Of a stretch of 64,000 nucleotides of DNA, positions 10,395 to 20,354 are shown piece after piece. The translations under genes were made by a program, and so were the position numbers. Source of the DNA: an uncultured Alphaproteobacteria bacterium. Its GTDB lineage: Bacteria > Pseudomonadota > Alphaproteobacteria > Rhizobiales > Xanthobacteraceae. Under the pieces are notes generated by a model, which saw only the letters and a list, made by a program, of their open reading frames with translations, did no database searches and was not told where the DNA came from. The stretch lies in assembly GCA_963807565.1 (NCBI GenBank), contig CAWECH010000013.1, positions 5,246-69,245 on the forward strand, read 5' to 3'. Within the stretch, counting starts at the first letter, position 1. Every line of letters starts with the position of its first letter.

Positions 10395-11384
10395 TTGATC
10401 ATGCGCGCGATTGACAGGCGCACCACCCTCCTCGGCCTGACTGCCCTGCTGGCAAACCAGACACCAGTCTTCGCCGCCGAAGGCGATTACCCGAACCGCG
10501 ATGTGCGGATCATCGTCTCTGTCGCGGCGGGCGGTGGCGTCGATCTGTCGGCCCGTATCATTGCCGCTCATTTGCAGACGCTGTGGGGCAAAACATTCAT
10601 CGTTGAAAACCGCACCGGCGGCGCCAGCAATATCGCGGCCGATGCGGTCGCGCACGCGGATCCCGACGGCTACACGCTGCTCGCCACGCCGCCGAACACG
10701 ATCACGGCGAATGCGGCGCTGTTTTCGCATCTCTCGTACGATCCGGCGCGCCTCGAACCGGTTGCGATCATGGCGATGGGGACCAACATCCTGGCGGTGC
10801 GCAACAGCCTGCCGGTCAAAACCGTCGCCGACCTGATCGCCTACGCCAAAGCAAACCCGGGCAAGATGAGCTACGCCTCTCAGGGCAACGGCTCGACGAC
10901 GCACCTGACCATGGAGCTGTTCAAGAGCCGGACCGGAACGGACCTGGTGCACGTTCCCTACCGCGGCGCCGAGCCCGCGGTCACCGATCTTGCCGGCGGC
11001 CATGTCGACGTCATGTTCTGCGACGTCGGCACCGCGATGCCGCTCTACAATGGCGGCAACATCCGGATCATCGCGGTGGCGGCGCCGGAGCGCGTTGCGC
11101 TCCTGCCCGACGTTCCGACTGTAGACGAGAGCGGCGTTAAAGGATTCACCGCGGCGACGTTCTATGCGCTGATGGCGCCGCCGCAAACGCCGGCCGCGAT
11201 CCGCAACAAGCTCAACCGCGCGGTCGTCGCCGCGATGGGGGAGCCGGACACGCAGGCCAAGCTGAAAGCGATTTTCGTCGAGCCATCGACGCTCGATACC
11301 GCCGCGATGGGCAAATTCATCGCCGAACAGCTCGCGCTCTGGACCGGCGTCATCCGCACGGCGGGAATTACGATCCAGGAGTGA
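10395..11384 (+). CDS. Bug-family (TctC-like) tripartite tricarboxylate transporter substrate-binding protein
   Basis: Tat/Sec-like leader (RRTTLLGLTALLA). Family hallmarks: YPNRDVRIIVSVAAGGGVDLSAR...VENRTGGASNIAA...SQGNGSTTHL...VPYRGAEPA. Confidence 0.9.
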   Translation: MIMRAIDRRTTLLGLTALLANQTPVFAAEGDYPNRDVRIIVSVAAGGGVDLSARIIAAHLQTLWGKTFIVENRTGGASNIAADAVAHADPDGYTLLATPPNTITANAALFSHLSYDPARLEPVAIMAMGTNILAVRNSLPVKTVADLIAYAKANPGKMSYASQGNGSTTHLTMELFKSRTGTDLVHVPYRGAEPAVTDLAGGHVDVMFCDVGTAMPLYNGGNIRIIAVAAPERVALLPDVPTVDESGVKGFTAATFYALMAPPQTPAAIRNKLNRAVVAAMGEPDTQAKLKAIFVEPSTLDTAAMGKFIAEQLALWTGVIRTAGITIQE

Positions 11385-11446
11385 GCGCCCGCAAAGTTAA
11401 AGAGAATTTGCATTCGACCGGGCGTTGACTTACATCGCCTCCCGCA

Positions 11447-12730
11447 ATGCCTGACGGTTCTGCCACAGCTCATCTCTACCGCCCCAAGCTCGTTACGCTC
11501 ATTGCTGAAGGCTACAGCTTCGAAGCCTTTCGCAGTGACGTCACAGCCGCGCTCACCGTCGCCGTGGTGGCGCTTCCATTATCCATGGCCATTGCTGTGG
11601 CGTCCGGCGTCGAACCGGTGCGCGGCCTTTATACGTCGATCATCGGCGGCTTTCTGGTCTCGGCGCTCGGCGGCAGCCGATTTCAGATTGGCGGTCCCGC
11701 CGGCGCCTTCATCGTTCTGGTGTCCGCCACCATCGCGAGATTTGGACTGGATGGCCTGCTGATCACCGTCTTTATGTCAGGCGCAATGCTCACAGTCGTT
11801 GGGCTTCTGCGGCTTGGTGCACTGATCCGATATATTCCGCACGCCGTGACCGTCGGCTTCACGTGCGGCATTGCTGTCACCATCCTCGCCAGCCAGTTGA
11901 AGGACCTCGGCGGCCTGACGCTCACCGGGGCCGAACCGGGGCCGCTGCTTCCCAAGCTTGCTGCGCTCGGTCAGGCGCTACAGACGGTCAATCCATCAGC
12001 TCTCGCCCTTGGCGTCGGCTCTGCCGCCTTGATCTTCGGCTTGCAACACTGGCGGCCCACCTTCCCGGCGATGCTGCTCGCCGTTGCATGCGCTTCCGTG
12101 GCGGCGCACATCTTGCAATTGCCGGTCGAGACCATCGGCAGCCGTTTCGGCGGCATTCCCGGGGCTCTGCCGGTACCGCATCTGCCGTTGTTCACGGCGC
12201 AGCGCCTGATCGACGTGTTTCCCGCGGCGCTGTCATTTACGCTGCTCGGCGGCGTCGAGAGTCTGCTGTCCGCAAAAGTCGCCGACGGTATGACCGGGCG
12301 AAAGCACCGCTACAATATGGAAGTGGTGGCGCAAGGCATCGCCAACATGGCGTCCGCATTGTTCGGCGGCATCAGCGTCACCGGAACGATCGCACGTACG
12401 GCGACCAACATCCGCGCCGGCGGACGCAGCCCGCTTTCCGGAATGTTGCACGCCGCGTTCATTCTCGTCTTCATGGTGGCGCTGGCGCCCCTGGCGAGTT
12501 TCATTCCGTTGTCGGCGCTGGCCGGCGTGCTCGTCGTCGTGTGCTGGAACATGGCGGAGAAGCGGGAGTTCGCCGCCTTGCTCGCCGACTGGCGCACCGG
12601 ATTGGTGCTGATCACGACTTTCGGCCTGACGCTGCTCAAGGATTTGACCTTCGGCATTGTTGCCGGCTGCCTCGTCGCGGCGCTGCTCGCGCTCATTCAC
12701 CGCGTTATTCCGAGCGAGGATGCGCCCTAG
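11447..12730 (+). CDS. SulP-family anion permease (transmembrane domain only, no STAS domain)
   Basis: DVTAALTVAVVALPLSMAIAVASGV, GGSRFQIGGPAGAFIVLV, and multiple TM helices. The ORF ends at 427 aa, right after the last TM segment. Confidence 0.85.
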   Translation: MPDGSATAHLYRPKLVTLIAEGYSFEAFRSDVTAALTVAVVALPLSMAIAVASGVEPVRGLYTSIIGGFLVSALGGSRFQIGGPAGAFIVLVSATIARFGLDGLLITVFMSGAMLTVVGLLRLGALIRYIPHAVTVGFTCGIAVTILASQLKDLGGLTLTGAEPGPLLPKLAALGQALQTVNPSALALGVGSAALIFGLQHWRPTFPAMLLAVACASVAAHILQLPVETIGSRFGGIPGALPVPHLPLFTAQRLIDVFPAALSFTLLGGVESLLSAKVADGMTGRKHRYNMEVVAQGIANMASALFGGISVTGTIARTATNIRAGGRSPLSGMLHAAFILVFMVALAPLASFIPLSALAGVLVVVCWNMAEKREFAALLADWRTGLVLITTFGLTLLKDLTFGIVAGCLVAALLALIHRVIPSEDAP

Positions 12731-12757
12731 CATCCGTTTGCTCCGGATCAACAACGG

Positions 12758-13603
12758 CTAGCCCCGCTGCGGAGACCAGCCGTAGATGCGCGCCGCGGTG
12801 CCCCCCATCAGCTTGACCTTGTCGCTTTCGGAAATGCGATCGGTAACGCGGAACGCTTCGACCCCTTGCTTGAAGGTCAGAAGATTCACCGCACGCGTCC
12901 AGTCGGTGCCCCACATCGCACGGTCGAGACCGAACGTATCGATCACGCGGCAGACCGGGTCCCAGATGTCGTTATACGGAAAGGCCTCATGAGATAACGT
13001 GCAGGCACCGGTGATCTTGATCGCCACATTGGGAAGTTTGGCGAGCGTTAGCACCTTCGGCAACTCGGCCCAAGGATGTTGCGGCGGCGGCGGATCGTAC
13101 GGTTGCACCAGCCCGAGATGATCGACGATGATTTGCGTGTCGGGATTGCGGCGGATCAGCTCGATGCCCTGATCGAGCCGGCCGGCGATGTGCAGGTTGA
13201 CCGGCATCGATAGTCGCGCGGCTTCCTTGAGCACGCGGTTCAGTCCGGGATCGGCGGGATCCTGATTGTAGCCGCCGCGCACCAGCAGCATGCGGACAGC
13301 GACGGCGCCGGGCGTGCGTTTCCAGTCCGCGATGACTTCTCCGACCGAAGGATTGCCGGGATCGACCGGCTTGATCAGCGCGAAGCGCTGCGGATAGCGG
13401 TTGCGCACGCTGACCGCATAGCTCGCGTCGTAGCGGTACATCGTGAACGCAGAAATCAGGATCGCGCCGTCGACGCCATTTTCATCCATCGCCGCGACCA
13501 TCTGCTCGCCGGTGACCTCCGGCGGCCCCGCCAGCACGGCGTGCCACGGCCGGCCGGGATGATCGCGTTCGTAGGCGTGCACCTGTGCGTCGATGATCGG
13601 CAT
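12758..13603 (-). CDS. Amidohydrolase-2 family metal-dependent hydrolase/decarboxylase
   Basis: MPIIDAQVHAYE... (HxH-type start). ...IIVDHLGL... and ...MWGTDWT... are typical of PF04909-like TIM-barrel hydrolases. Confidence 0.85.
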   Translation of the reverse strand: MPIIDAQVHAYERDHPGRPWHAVLAGPPEVTGEQMVAAMDENGVDGAILISAFTMYRYDASYAVSVRNRYPQRFALIKPVDPGNPSVGEVIADWKRTPGAVAVRMLLVRGGYNQDPADPGLNRVLKEAARLSMPVNLHIAGRLDQGIELIRRNPDTQIIVDHLGLVQPYDPPPPQHPWAELPKVLTLAKLPNVAIKITGACTLSHEAFPYNDIWDPVCRVIDTFGLDRAMWGTDWTRAVNLLTFKQGVEAFRVTDRISESDKVKLMGGTAARIYGWSPQRG

Positions 13604-13609
13604 GATGGT

Positions 13610-14581
13610 TTATTTCGGCAAATACGCTTCGGTATAAAGCTTGGACAGATCGGCATCGCCTTCGAGAAGCTTCATCTCACCGAACGCGCGCTTGAGCGTC
13701 GTAAGCGATTCCGCATCGAAGCGGCAGTCCTTGGTGTACATGCCGATGACCAGATCGTATTCGCGCGACATCACGGTTTCGTCGAAGTGATCGAGTTCGC
13801 TTTCAATCTTGACCGTCTCTGCTTTGTGCGCGCGCATGTAGGCGACTGTTTCGATCCAGCCGGCAATGAATGCGCGGATCGCATCCGGATTGCTGGCGAT
13901 CAGCCGGTTCGAGGCATACAGCGTGCCCGAGGCGACATTACCCTCGTAGCTCGAGACCGGCGCGATGAAGCGCCCTTCTTTGGTCTCCTCGTAGATAAAA
14001 AACTGCGTTGCGTTGGCAATCACAGCGTCGACTAGGTGTGCGCGAAGTGCCGCCAAAGTCGGTCCGGTACCGCCGCCGATCGCAACGGTCTTCACGCCGC
14101 CCTCGCCCCAGCCCTGCGACCGCGCCAGCTCATGGCCTGACCAGTCGCTGAACGACCCGGTGCTCGAAACACCGATGACCTTGCCCTTCAAATCTCCCAG
14201 CGCCTTGATCGGTGAATCCCACGGCACCCCGATGCCGAGAAACGGCGCATTGGTCGTGCTTTCGCACACCGCGATCATCGGCGCGCCTTTGGCCACGAAC
14301 GCCATCTCGGTGCCAGCGCCATCGCCAATGTCGATCGCACCCGCGGCCATCGCCTGCGCCATTTTTCCGCCGCCGCCGAAGTCGGTGATGGTGAGATCGA
14401 GTCCGTGCTTTTTGAAGATGCCGAGCTTGTCGCCGACGTTGACCGGAATAATCGCATCCGAAGTCGCGTTGGCCTTGCCGACCGTCAAGGCTACATCGGC
14501 GGCAGGCGCGCACACTGGCGCGGCGAGACACAGCGCGAGCGTGACAATCGCGGTCCGCAAATCATTCCGTACTGATGTCAC
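13610..14581 (-). CDS. ABC-transporter-type periplasmic substrate-binding protein (NMT1/SsuA/TauA-like), orphan
   Basis: Signal peptide (VTLALCLAAPVCAPAADV) and an NMT1-like two-lobe pattern. No permease or ATPase gene is adjacent. Confidence 0.8.
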   Translation of the reverse strand: MTSVRNDLRTAIVTLALCLAAPVCAPAADVALTVGKANATSDAIIPVNVGDKLGIFKKHGLDLTITDFGGGGKMAQAMAAGAIDIGDGAGTEMAFVAKGAPMIAVCESTTNAPFLGIGVPWDSPIKALGDLKGKVIGVSSTGSFSDWSGHELARSQGWGEGGVKTVAIGGGTGPTLAALRAHLVDAVIANATQFFIYEETKEGRFIAPVSSYEGNVASGTLYASNRLIASNPDAIRAFIAGWIETVAYMRAHKAETVKIESELDHFDETVMSREYDLVIGMYTKDCRFDAESLTTLKRAFGEMKLLEGDADLSKLYTEAYLPK

Positions 14582-14702
14582 CGCGAATTGCCCTCCCCTT
14601 GCCCGCGCTCGTGCGGCGCGCTTTTCTGTTAGCTTAGACTATTCCAGAAGCATCGTCGCGAGGCGTTGCTGCGACAAAAATGGAAATACCCAGGGAGAAC
14701 GC

Positions 14703-15706
14703 ATGGCCAATCTGCAGCTCAGTCTCGCCATTACCAACAATCCGCGCACCCGGCCGATCATCGACGGGCGGGTCAAAATCGAAGGCGTCGACTTCATCAA
14801 GACGGTCCTTGGCCCCGCGGAGATGTTCTGGCGGCAGCTTCGCTTCGCGGAGTTCGACGTTTCCGAAATATCGATGTCAGAGCTGATGATGATCCGCAGC
14901 CGGGGCGATGAGCGCTTCATCGGCATCCCGGTATTCACCACGCGGCGCTTCTATCACACCGCAATGTTGGTGCGGAAGAATGCTGGGATTGGCGGTCCAG
15001 CCGATCTCAAAGGCAAGCGGATCGGCGTGCCGGAATACGTACAGACGGCTGCACTATGGACCCGCGGCGTGCTCGAGAGCGAATTCGGCGTCAGGCCAAG
15101 CGACATGAATTTCTTTATGGAGCGGGTGCCCGAGCGCAGCCATGCCGGCGCGATCGGCTTCAAGGCGCCGCCCGGCGTCACCATCAACCAGATTCCGCCG
15201 GAGAAGAGCATCGCGTCGATGCTGCTCGCCGGCGAGCTGGACGCCTACATGGCCTATTTCCGCAAAGACAGCGTCGACATGATTGATCGAAGCTACGTCG
15301 ACCTTGAGAACCATCCCGACATCAAGACCGCTGTTCGCCGATCCCGCAGCCGAAGCCGCGCGCTACTACAAGAAAACCGGCGTCTATCCGATCAATCATG
15401 GCATGGCGATCAAGCGCGCAGTTGTTCGACCGCGAGCCGTGGGTCGCAATCAACATCCTCAAAGCTTTCATCGCGGCGAATGCCATCGTCGAAGCCGAGC
15501 GGCGAGAGCACGTCATCTACCATCTCGAAACCGGCCTGGTGCCTGCGGAATACCGCAAGGCGCTGGCGACGCCACTCATTACGTACGGCCTGAAGGCCAA
15601 CCGGACAGTGCTGGAAACCGCGGCGAAATACTCCAACCAGCAAGGTCTGACGCCTCGCGTCATGCCGATGGAAGAGTTGTTTGCGCCGAGCGTGCTGGAT
15701 TCGTAG
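14703..15706 (+). pseudogene. 4,5-dihydroxyphthalate-decarboxylase-like (SBP-fold) protein, frame broken twice (probably assembly indels)
   Basis: MANLQLSLAITNNPRTRPIIDGRVKIEGVDF...DLKGKRIGVPEYVQTAALWTRGVLESEFGV... continues in a second frame (LFADPAAEAARYYKKTGVYPINHGMAIKR) and then a third (LFDREPWVAINILKAF...). Breaks lie near 15328 (CC run) and ~15415. Span 1004 nt (remainder 2 mod 3). Confidence 0.72.
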
Positions 15707-15711
15707 TTTTT

Positions 15712-18125
15712 TTACACCACGCCGAGATGCCGGATCGGCCGGCCCGGCGCGATGGCTTCGGCAGCGGCAATGATGGCGCGCGCATCGATGCCGTAGTGGG
15801 CGTAGAGATCCTCGATCGAACCGGTTTGCCCGAAATGCTCGACACCGAGCGGACGCACGCGATGACCGGCGACCGCGCCAAGCCAGCCGAGCGTCGCCGG
15901 ATGACCGTCGACCACACTGACAATGCCGCAATGGCGCGGCAGTGAGGCGAACAGCCGCTCGATATGCGAGCGGGCATGAACCAGACCGCGCTCCCTCGCC
16001 CGCCATGCCGCGGTCCAGCCGGCGTTAAGGCGATCGGCCGATGTCACCGCGAGCAATCCGACATCGCGGCGATCCTCCGCCATCAGCCCGATCGCCTGGA
16101 TCGCTTCCGGAGCGACGGCGCCGGTGTAGGCAACGACGACCTGACAGTTCGGCCCCGGTTCGCGCAGCCAGTACGCGCCATCGACAATCGCCTGACGCAG
16201 TTGCGGCGTCATCGGACGTTCGATCTGCTCGATCGGCCGCGTCGACAGCCGCAGATAAATCGAGCCGCCGGTCTCGTCGCGCAGCCAGTTGCGCTCGGAC
16301 GCTGCGCCGTCGCCGTCTTTCTGGATGTAGTCGAACGCGAACGCCATGATGACGGCGAGTTCATCGACGAAGGCCGGCTCGAACGACGCAAGGCCGTCCT
16401 GCGCCATCCCGATCAGCGGTTCTGCAATCGACTGGTGCGCGCCGCCTTCCGGCGCCAGCGTCAGACCCGATGGCGTCGCCACCAGAATGAAACGCGCATC
16501 CTGGTAGCAGGCATAGTTGAGCGCATCGAGGCCGCGGGCGATGAACGGATCGTACAGCGTGCCGACCGGCAGCAATCGCTCGCCATTGATGCTGTGCGAC
16601 AGGCCGAGCGCCGAGAGCGCGCAGAACAGGTTCATCTCGGCAATGCCGAGCTCGAGATGCTGGCCTTTCGGCGAAAAATCCCAGTTGAAGGTCGAGGGAA
16701 TGCGCTCGCTCTTGAAGGTGTCGGCGAGCGCTTCGCGCGCGAACAGGCCGCGCCGGTTCACCCAGGCGCCGAGATTGGTCGACACCGTGACGTCGGGCGA
16801 CGTGGTGACGATGCGCGACGCCAGCGCCGTGTCGCCGCGCGCCAATTCGTTGAGCAACGCGCCGAAGCCGTTCTGCGTCGCCATCTTCGGCTGGATCGGC
16901 ACTTTGAGCTCGGCCGGCACGTCGATGCGCGCCGCCTGCAAACGCCGCTCGCCGCCTTTCGCAAACGGCACAGCGGCGAGAAAATTGCTCGATGCTGTCC
17001 GCCGGCTGGTCCAGGCCTTCGAACAAATCCCATTCGTGGCCGGGCCGCACGTTCATCAGCTTCTGGAACGTCTCCATCTGCGCCGGCGTCATCAGGCCGG
17101 CGTGATTGTCCTTGTGGCCGGCGAGCGGCAGGCCAAAGCCCTTGATGGTGTAGGCGATGAAGCAAACTGGACGGTCGTGATCGATGGCGTCGAACGCCTC
17201 GATGATGGCGGAGAGATCGTGGCCGCCGAGATTGTTCATCAGCCGCGCCAGCTCATCGTCGCTGCGGCGAGTCGATCAGGCGCGACACCGGGCCCTGATC
17301 GCCGATCTCGTCGGTCAGGCGCTTGCGCCACGCCGCGCCGCCCTGAAACACCAGCGCCGAATAAAGCTGGTTCGGGCAGGTATCGATCCACTTGCGCAAC
17401 ACTTCGCCGCCCGGCTCGGCAAACGCCGCCTGCTGCAGCGAGCCGTATTTGAGGACGACGACGTCCCAGCCGAAATTGCGGAACAGATTCTCGTAGCGCT
17501 CCCACAGTCCTTCGCGCACCACCGCATCGAGGCTCTGCCGGTTGTAATCGACGATCCACCAGCAATTGCGCAGCCCCTGCTTCCAGCCTTCGAGGATCGA
17601 CTCGAAGATGTTGCCTTCGTCGAGCTCGGCATCGCCGAGCAGCGCGATCATCCGGCCTTCGGGGCGGTTCAAGCCCCAGCCATGCGCGCGCACGTAGTCC
17701 TGCACCAGCGACGAGAACAATGTCTGCGCGACGCCAAGCCCGACCGAGCCGGTGGAGAAATCCACGTCGTCGATATCCTTGGTGCGCGACGGATAGGACT
17801 GCGCGCCTTTGTAGCCGCGGAACGCTTCGAGCTTTTCCCGGCTCTGGCGGCCGAGCAGATACTGGATGGCGTGAAAGTTCGGCGATGCGTGCGGCTTCAC
17901 CGCGACGCGGTCCTGCGGACGCAGGCTGTGGAAGTACAGCGCCGTCATGATGGTCGCGAGCGACGCCGACGACGCCTGATGGCCGCCGACTTTCAGGCCA
18001 TCGCTGCTTTCGCGCAGATGGTTGGCGTTGTGGATGGTCCACGTCGCCAGCCACAGCACCTTGCGTTCCAGCGCGGTGAGGATTTGGAGGTGATCAGCAG
18101 AAATAGCTTTCTTGTCAGCCAGCAT
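15712..18125 (-). pseudogene. Homodimeric-type 2-oxoacid dehydrogenase E1 component (AceE/MdeB-like, transketolase fold), frame broken twice (probably assembly indels)
   Basis: Three track ORFs read as one ~800-aa E1: 17253..18152 from ATG 18125, the N-part of 16361..17239, and 15712..16971. Motifs: MLADKKAISADHLQ...GGHQASSASLATIM..., ...LLGDAELDEGN..., ...MNNLGGHDL.... Breaks are at the GG run 17266-17267 and the AAAA run 16981-16984. Span 2414 nt (remainder 2 mod 3). Confidence 0.87.
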
Positions 18126-18257
18126 TGCTGTCTCTCCCTCGTCCCGACGCACATCATTATCGTCTCGGACCGGAGGCGAAATCTGCCTATTTCAACTGTA
18201 ATGCAGCTCCAATATTGGCGTATAACGCTAATGGAGAGCGACTCAGAGTGACACAAT

Positions 18258-18730
18258 ATGCCAAAATCAAATCTGGACGCAGGTCGATCGTAAAATCCTG
18301 GCTCAATTGCAGACCGATGGCCGCATGAGTTCTCTCCGACCTCGCAGGCAAGGTCGGGCTGTCTCCATCGCCGTGTCTACGGCGTGTGCGCATTCTGGAA
18401 CGCGAGGGGGTGATCTCGCGCTACGTCGCCGTGCTCGATCAGCGTGCGGTGGGGCTGCCGGTCAGCGTATTTGTCTCGATCAAGCTTGAGCGGCAGAAAC
18501 AGGACGCGCTCGACCAATTCGCCAAGGCGATCGCGCGCTGGCCGGAAGTGCTCGAATGCTACCTGATGACCGGGCCGCGCGATTATTGGTTACGCGTTGT
18601 CGTACCCGATCTTGCGGCTTACGAGCGCTTTGTGAAGCAGAAGCTGACGCGGCTCGACGGTGTCGCTTCGATCGAATCAAGCTTTGCGCTGGAACAAGTC
18701 AAATATTCGAACGTGTTGCCGATCGAATGA
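18258..18730 (+). pseudogene. Lrp/AsnC family transcriptional regulator, frame broken twice in the HTH region (probably assembly indels)
   Basis: The C-terminal 114 aa are intact (ORF 18386..18730: RILEREGVISRYVAVLDQRAVGLPVSVFVSIKLE...). The N-terminal MPKSNLDA / VDRKILAQLQTDGRMS / DLAGKVGLSPSPCLRRV is spread over three frames. Breaks are at the GG run 18283-18284 and the CC run 18337-18338. Span 473 nt (remainder 2 mod 3). Confidence 0.87.
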
Positions 18731-18929
18731 TTGTTCGAAGACGAGGGCGCGATCAGTTTGCAGTGCCGATGAAAATTTTCCGTAAAATTTGACGCCCGTA
18801 TTATGCGATTTCACTGAACAGTGCATGCACAAATGAGCAATTGAAGATTGGGTCGATCAAACGCATCTCCTGACCATCAGGCAGCACGGCATCAGGCCTC
18901 TGCATGTCACAGAATTCAGGAGAAAGACC

Positions 18930-19133
18930 ATGACCCCGAGAACGATTATTTTGACAATGGCGCTTGTCCTCAGCGCAACCTCGGCCGCGCTGGCGCAAAG
19001 CGCCTACACGACCGGCACAGCGGAAAACAGGGCGGAAGCTGGTTATTCCTCGCCCTATAGCGGAGCGGGCATTTACGCCTACGCACCGAACTACGATAGC
19101 GGTACGACGCACCGCCATTCGCACCGTCGCTGA
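18930..19133 (+). CDS. Small secreted hypothetical protein (His/Arg C-terminus)
   Basis: SD CAGGAGA 7 nt upstream. Signal peptide MTPRTIILTMALVLSATSAALA|QS. The 44-aa mature part ends ...IYAYAPNYDSGTTHRHSHRR. Confidence 0.5.
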   Translation: MTPRTIILTMALVLSATSAALAQSAYTTGTAENRAEAGYSSPYSGAGIYAYAPNYDSGTTHRHSHRR

Positions 19134-19146
19134 AGTTGAAGACGAA

Positions 19147-19174
19147 CCGGACGCGGTCTCGGGACCGCGTCTGG
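19147..19174. terminator. Putative bidirectional terminator hairpin between convergent genes
   Basis: 12-bp stem CCGGACGCGGTC-tcgg-GACCGCGTCTGG (one G-U pair) between the stops at 19133 (+) and 19201 (-). The U-tracts are weak. Confidence 0.4.
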
Positions 19175-19200
19175 AACGTCTTTAAAAAGTTACGCGATGA

Positions 19201-19710
19201 TTATTCGAGTTCCGTCGTCTCGAAATCCGCCGGCAGGATGATTTCCAGCACTTCGCAATCGTCGGAGTAGTCGAGCACCTTGTGCTCGATCCTCGGCGGC
19301 TGCAGCCAGCACGAGCCTTCGCGCATGATTACGGCGCCCTCGCCTGCGAACTCGCTTTTGATCCAGCCCTTGAGCACGTAGACCATCTGAAACTCAACGT
19401 CGTGATAGTGCAGCTTGGACACTTCGGCCGGATCGCACGGCGGCACGAACTTGATGACATGGGCACGTGCGAGACCCTTGGTCGCGGCGGCGATGCCGAG
19501 ATCGCGATACTGCGCATAGCGGCGCAGGCCGTGCTCAAACGCGCCGGGACCGTGATGGCTGACGACGAAAGTCTGTTTTTTCGGCGCAAGCTTCTTTTTT
19601 GCCGCTTTGGCTTTGGGTTTGGCCCGCGCCGCGATTTTGCGGCGAGCCGATGATTTGGCGGCGGATTTGGCGGGCTTACGCGTCTTACGCATCGCTTTGG
19701 CCATGCGCAT
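19201..19710 (-). CDS. Cupin-domain protein with Lys/Ala/Pro-rich (histone-H1-like) N-terminal tail
   Basis: The C-terminal ~115 aa form a cupin barrel (HYHDVEFQMVYVLKGWIKSEF...GSCWLQPPRIEHKV). The N-terminal 45 aa are MRMAKAMRKTRKPAKSAAKSSARRKIAARAKPKAKAAKKKLAPKK. Confidence 0.7.
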   Translation of the reverse strand: MRMAKAMRKTRKPAKSAAKSSARRKIAARAKPKAKAAKKKLAPKKQTFVVSHHGPGAFEHGLRRYAQYRDLGIAAATKGLARAHVIKFVPPCDPAEVSKLHYHDVEFQMVYVLKGWIKSEFAGEGAVIMREGSCWLQPPRIEHKVLDYSDDCEVLEIILPADFETTELE

Positions 19711-19816
19711 ATCCTCCCGAACAAAACGGTCTCTTTCAAGAGCTTATGCCGGCTTCGGACGGCGTACCAGCGAGCCGATCAGCAGGTTTGGCGGCGCCTA
19801 AGAAACTTCGGCGGGA

Positions 19817-19843
19817 TGTCACACTGGCCATTGCTGGCTCGTC
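19817..19843 (+). promoter_or_regulatory. ECF41-type sigma-factor promoter motif TGTCACA-N16-CGTC
   Basis: TGTCACA at 19817-19823, an exactly 16-nt spacer, then CGTC at 19840-19843. It lies 35 nt upstream of the CMD-family gene start, which itself precedes the ECF41-like sigma gene. Confidence 0.6.
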
Positions 19844-19877
19844 ATGGTGTCGGAACCCACCAGAAGGAGCTCCAATC

Positions 19878-20354
19878 ATGACTGCCAAAATCGATCCCTT
19901 CGCTGTTGCACCGGCACAGATGAAGAGCTGGTTCAACGCTTCGATAGCCGTCGCCGCGAGCCTCGACCAGACCCTCGTGCATCTCGTGGAGATCCGCGCC
20001 TCGCAGATCAACGGCTGCGCCAACTGCATCAATATGCATGCGGCGGACGCCCGCTCGAAAGGCGAAACCGAACAGCGCATCTACCTGCTGTCAGCCTGGC
20101 GGGAAGCCCCGTGCTACACTGACCGCGAACGCGCCGCGCTCGGCTGGACCGACGCGCTGACGCGGCTCTCCGAAGGACCAGAGCTGGAAAGTGCCCGCGA
20201 AAACCTGCAGGCTCATTTCACCGAAGAAGAGCAGATCAAGTTGACGCTCATGATCAACGTCATCAACGGGTGGAACCGCATTGCTGTCGGCTTCGGCCTG
20301 TTTGCTGATCCGGCAGCGATCAAAGCCGTCGCCGCGAAAGCAGCCGCCGCGTGA
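19878..20354 (+). CDS. Carboxymuconolactone decarboxylase (AhpD-like) family protein
   Basis: SD GAAGGAG upstream of ATG 19878. ...LVHLVEIRASQINGCANCINMHAADAR... carries the CxxC AhpD/CMD motif. The stop overlaps the sigma gene start (ATGA). Confidence 0.88.
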   Translation: MTAKIDPFAVAPAQMKSWFNASIAVAASLDQTLVHLVEIRASQINGCANCINMHAADARSKGETEQRIYLLSAWREAPCYTDRERAALGWTDALTRLSEGPELESARENLQAHFTEEEQIKLTLMINVINGWNRIAVGFGLFADPAAIKAVAAKAAAA

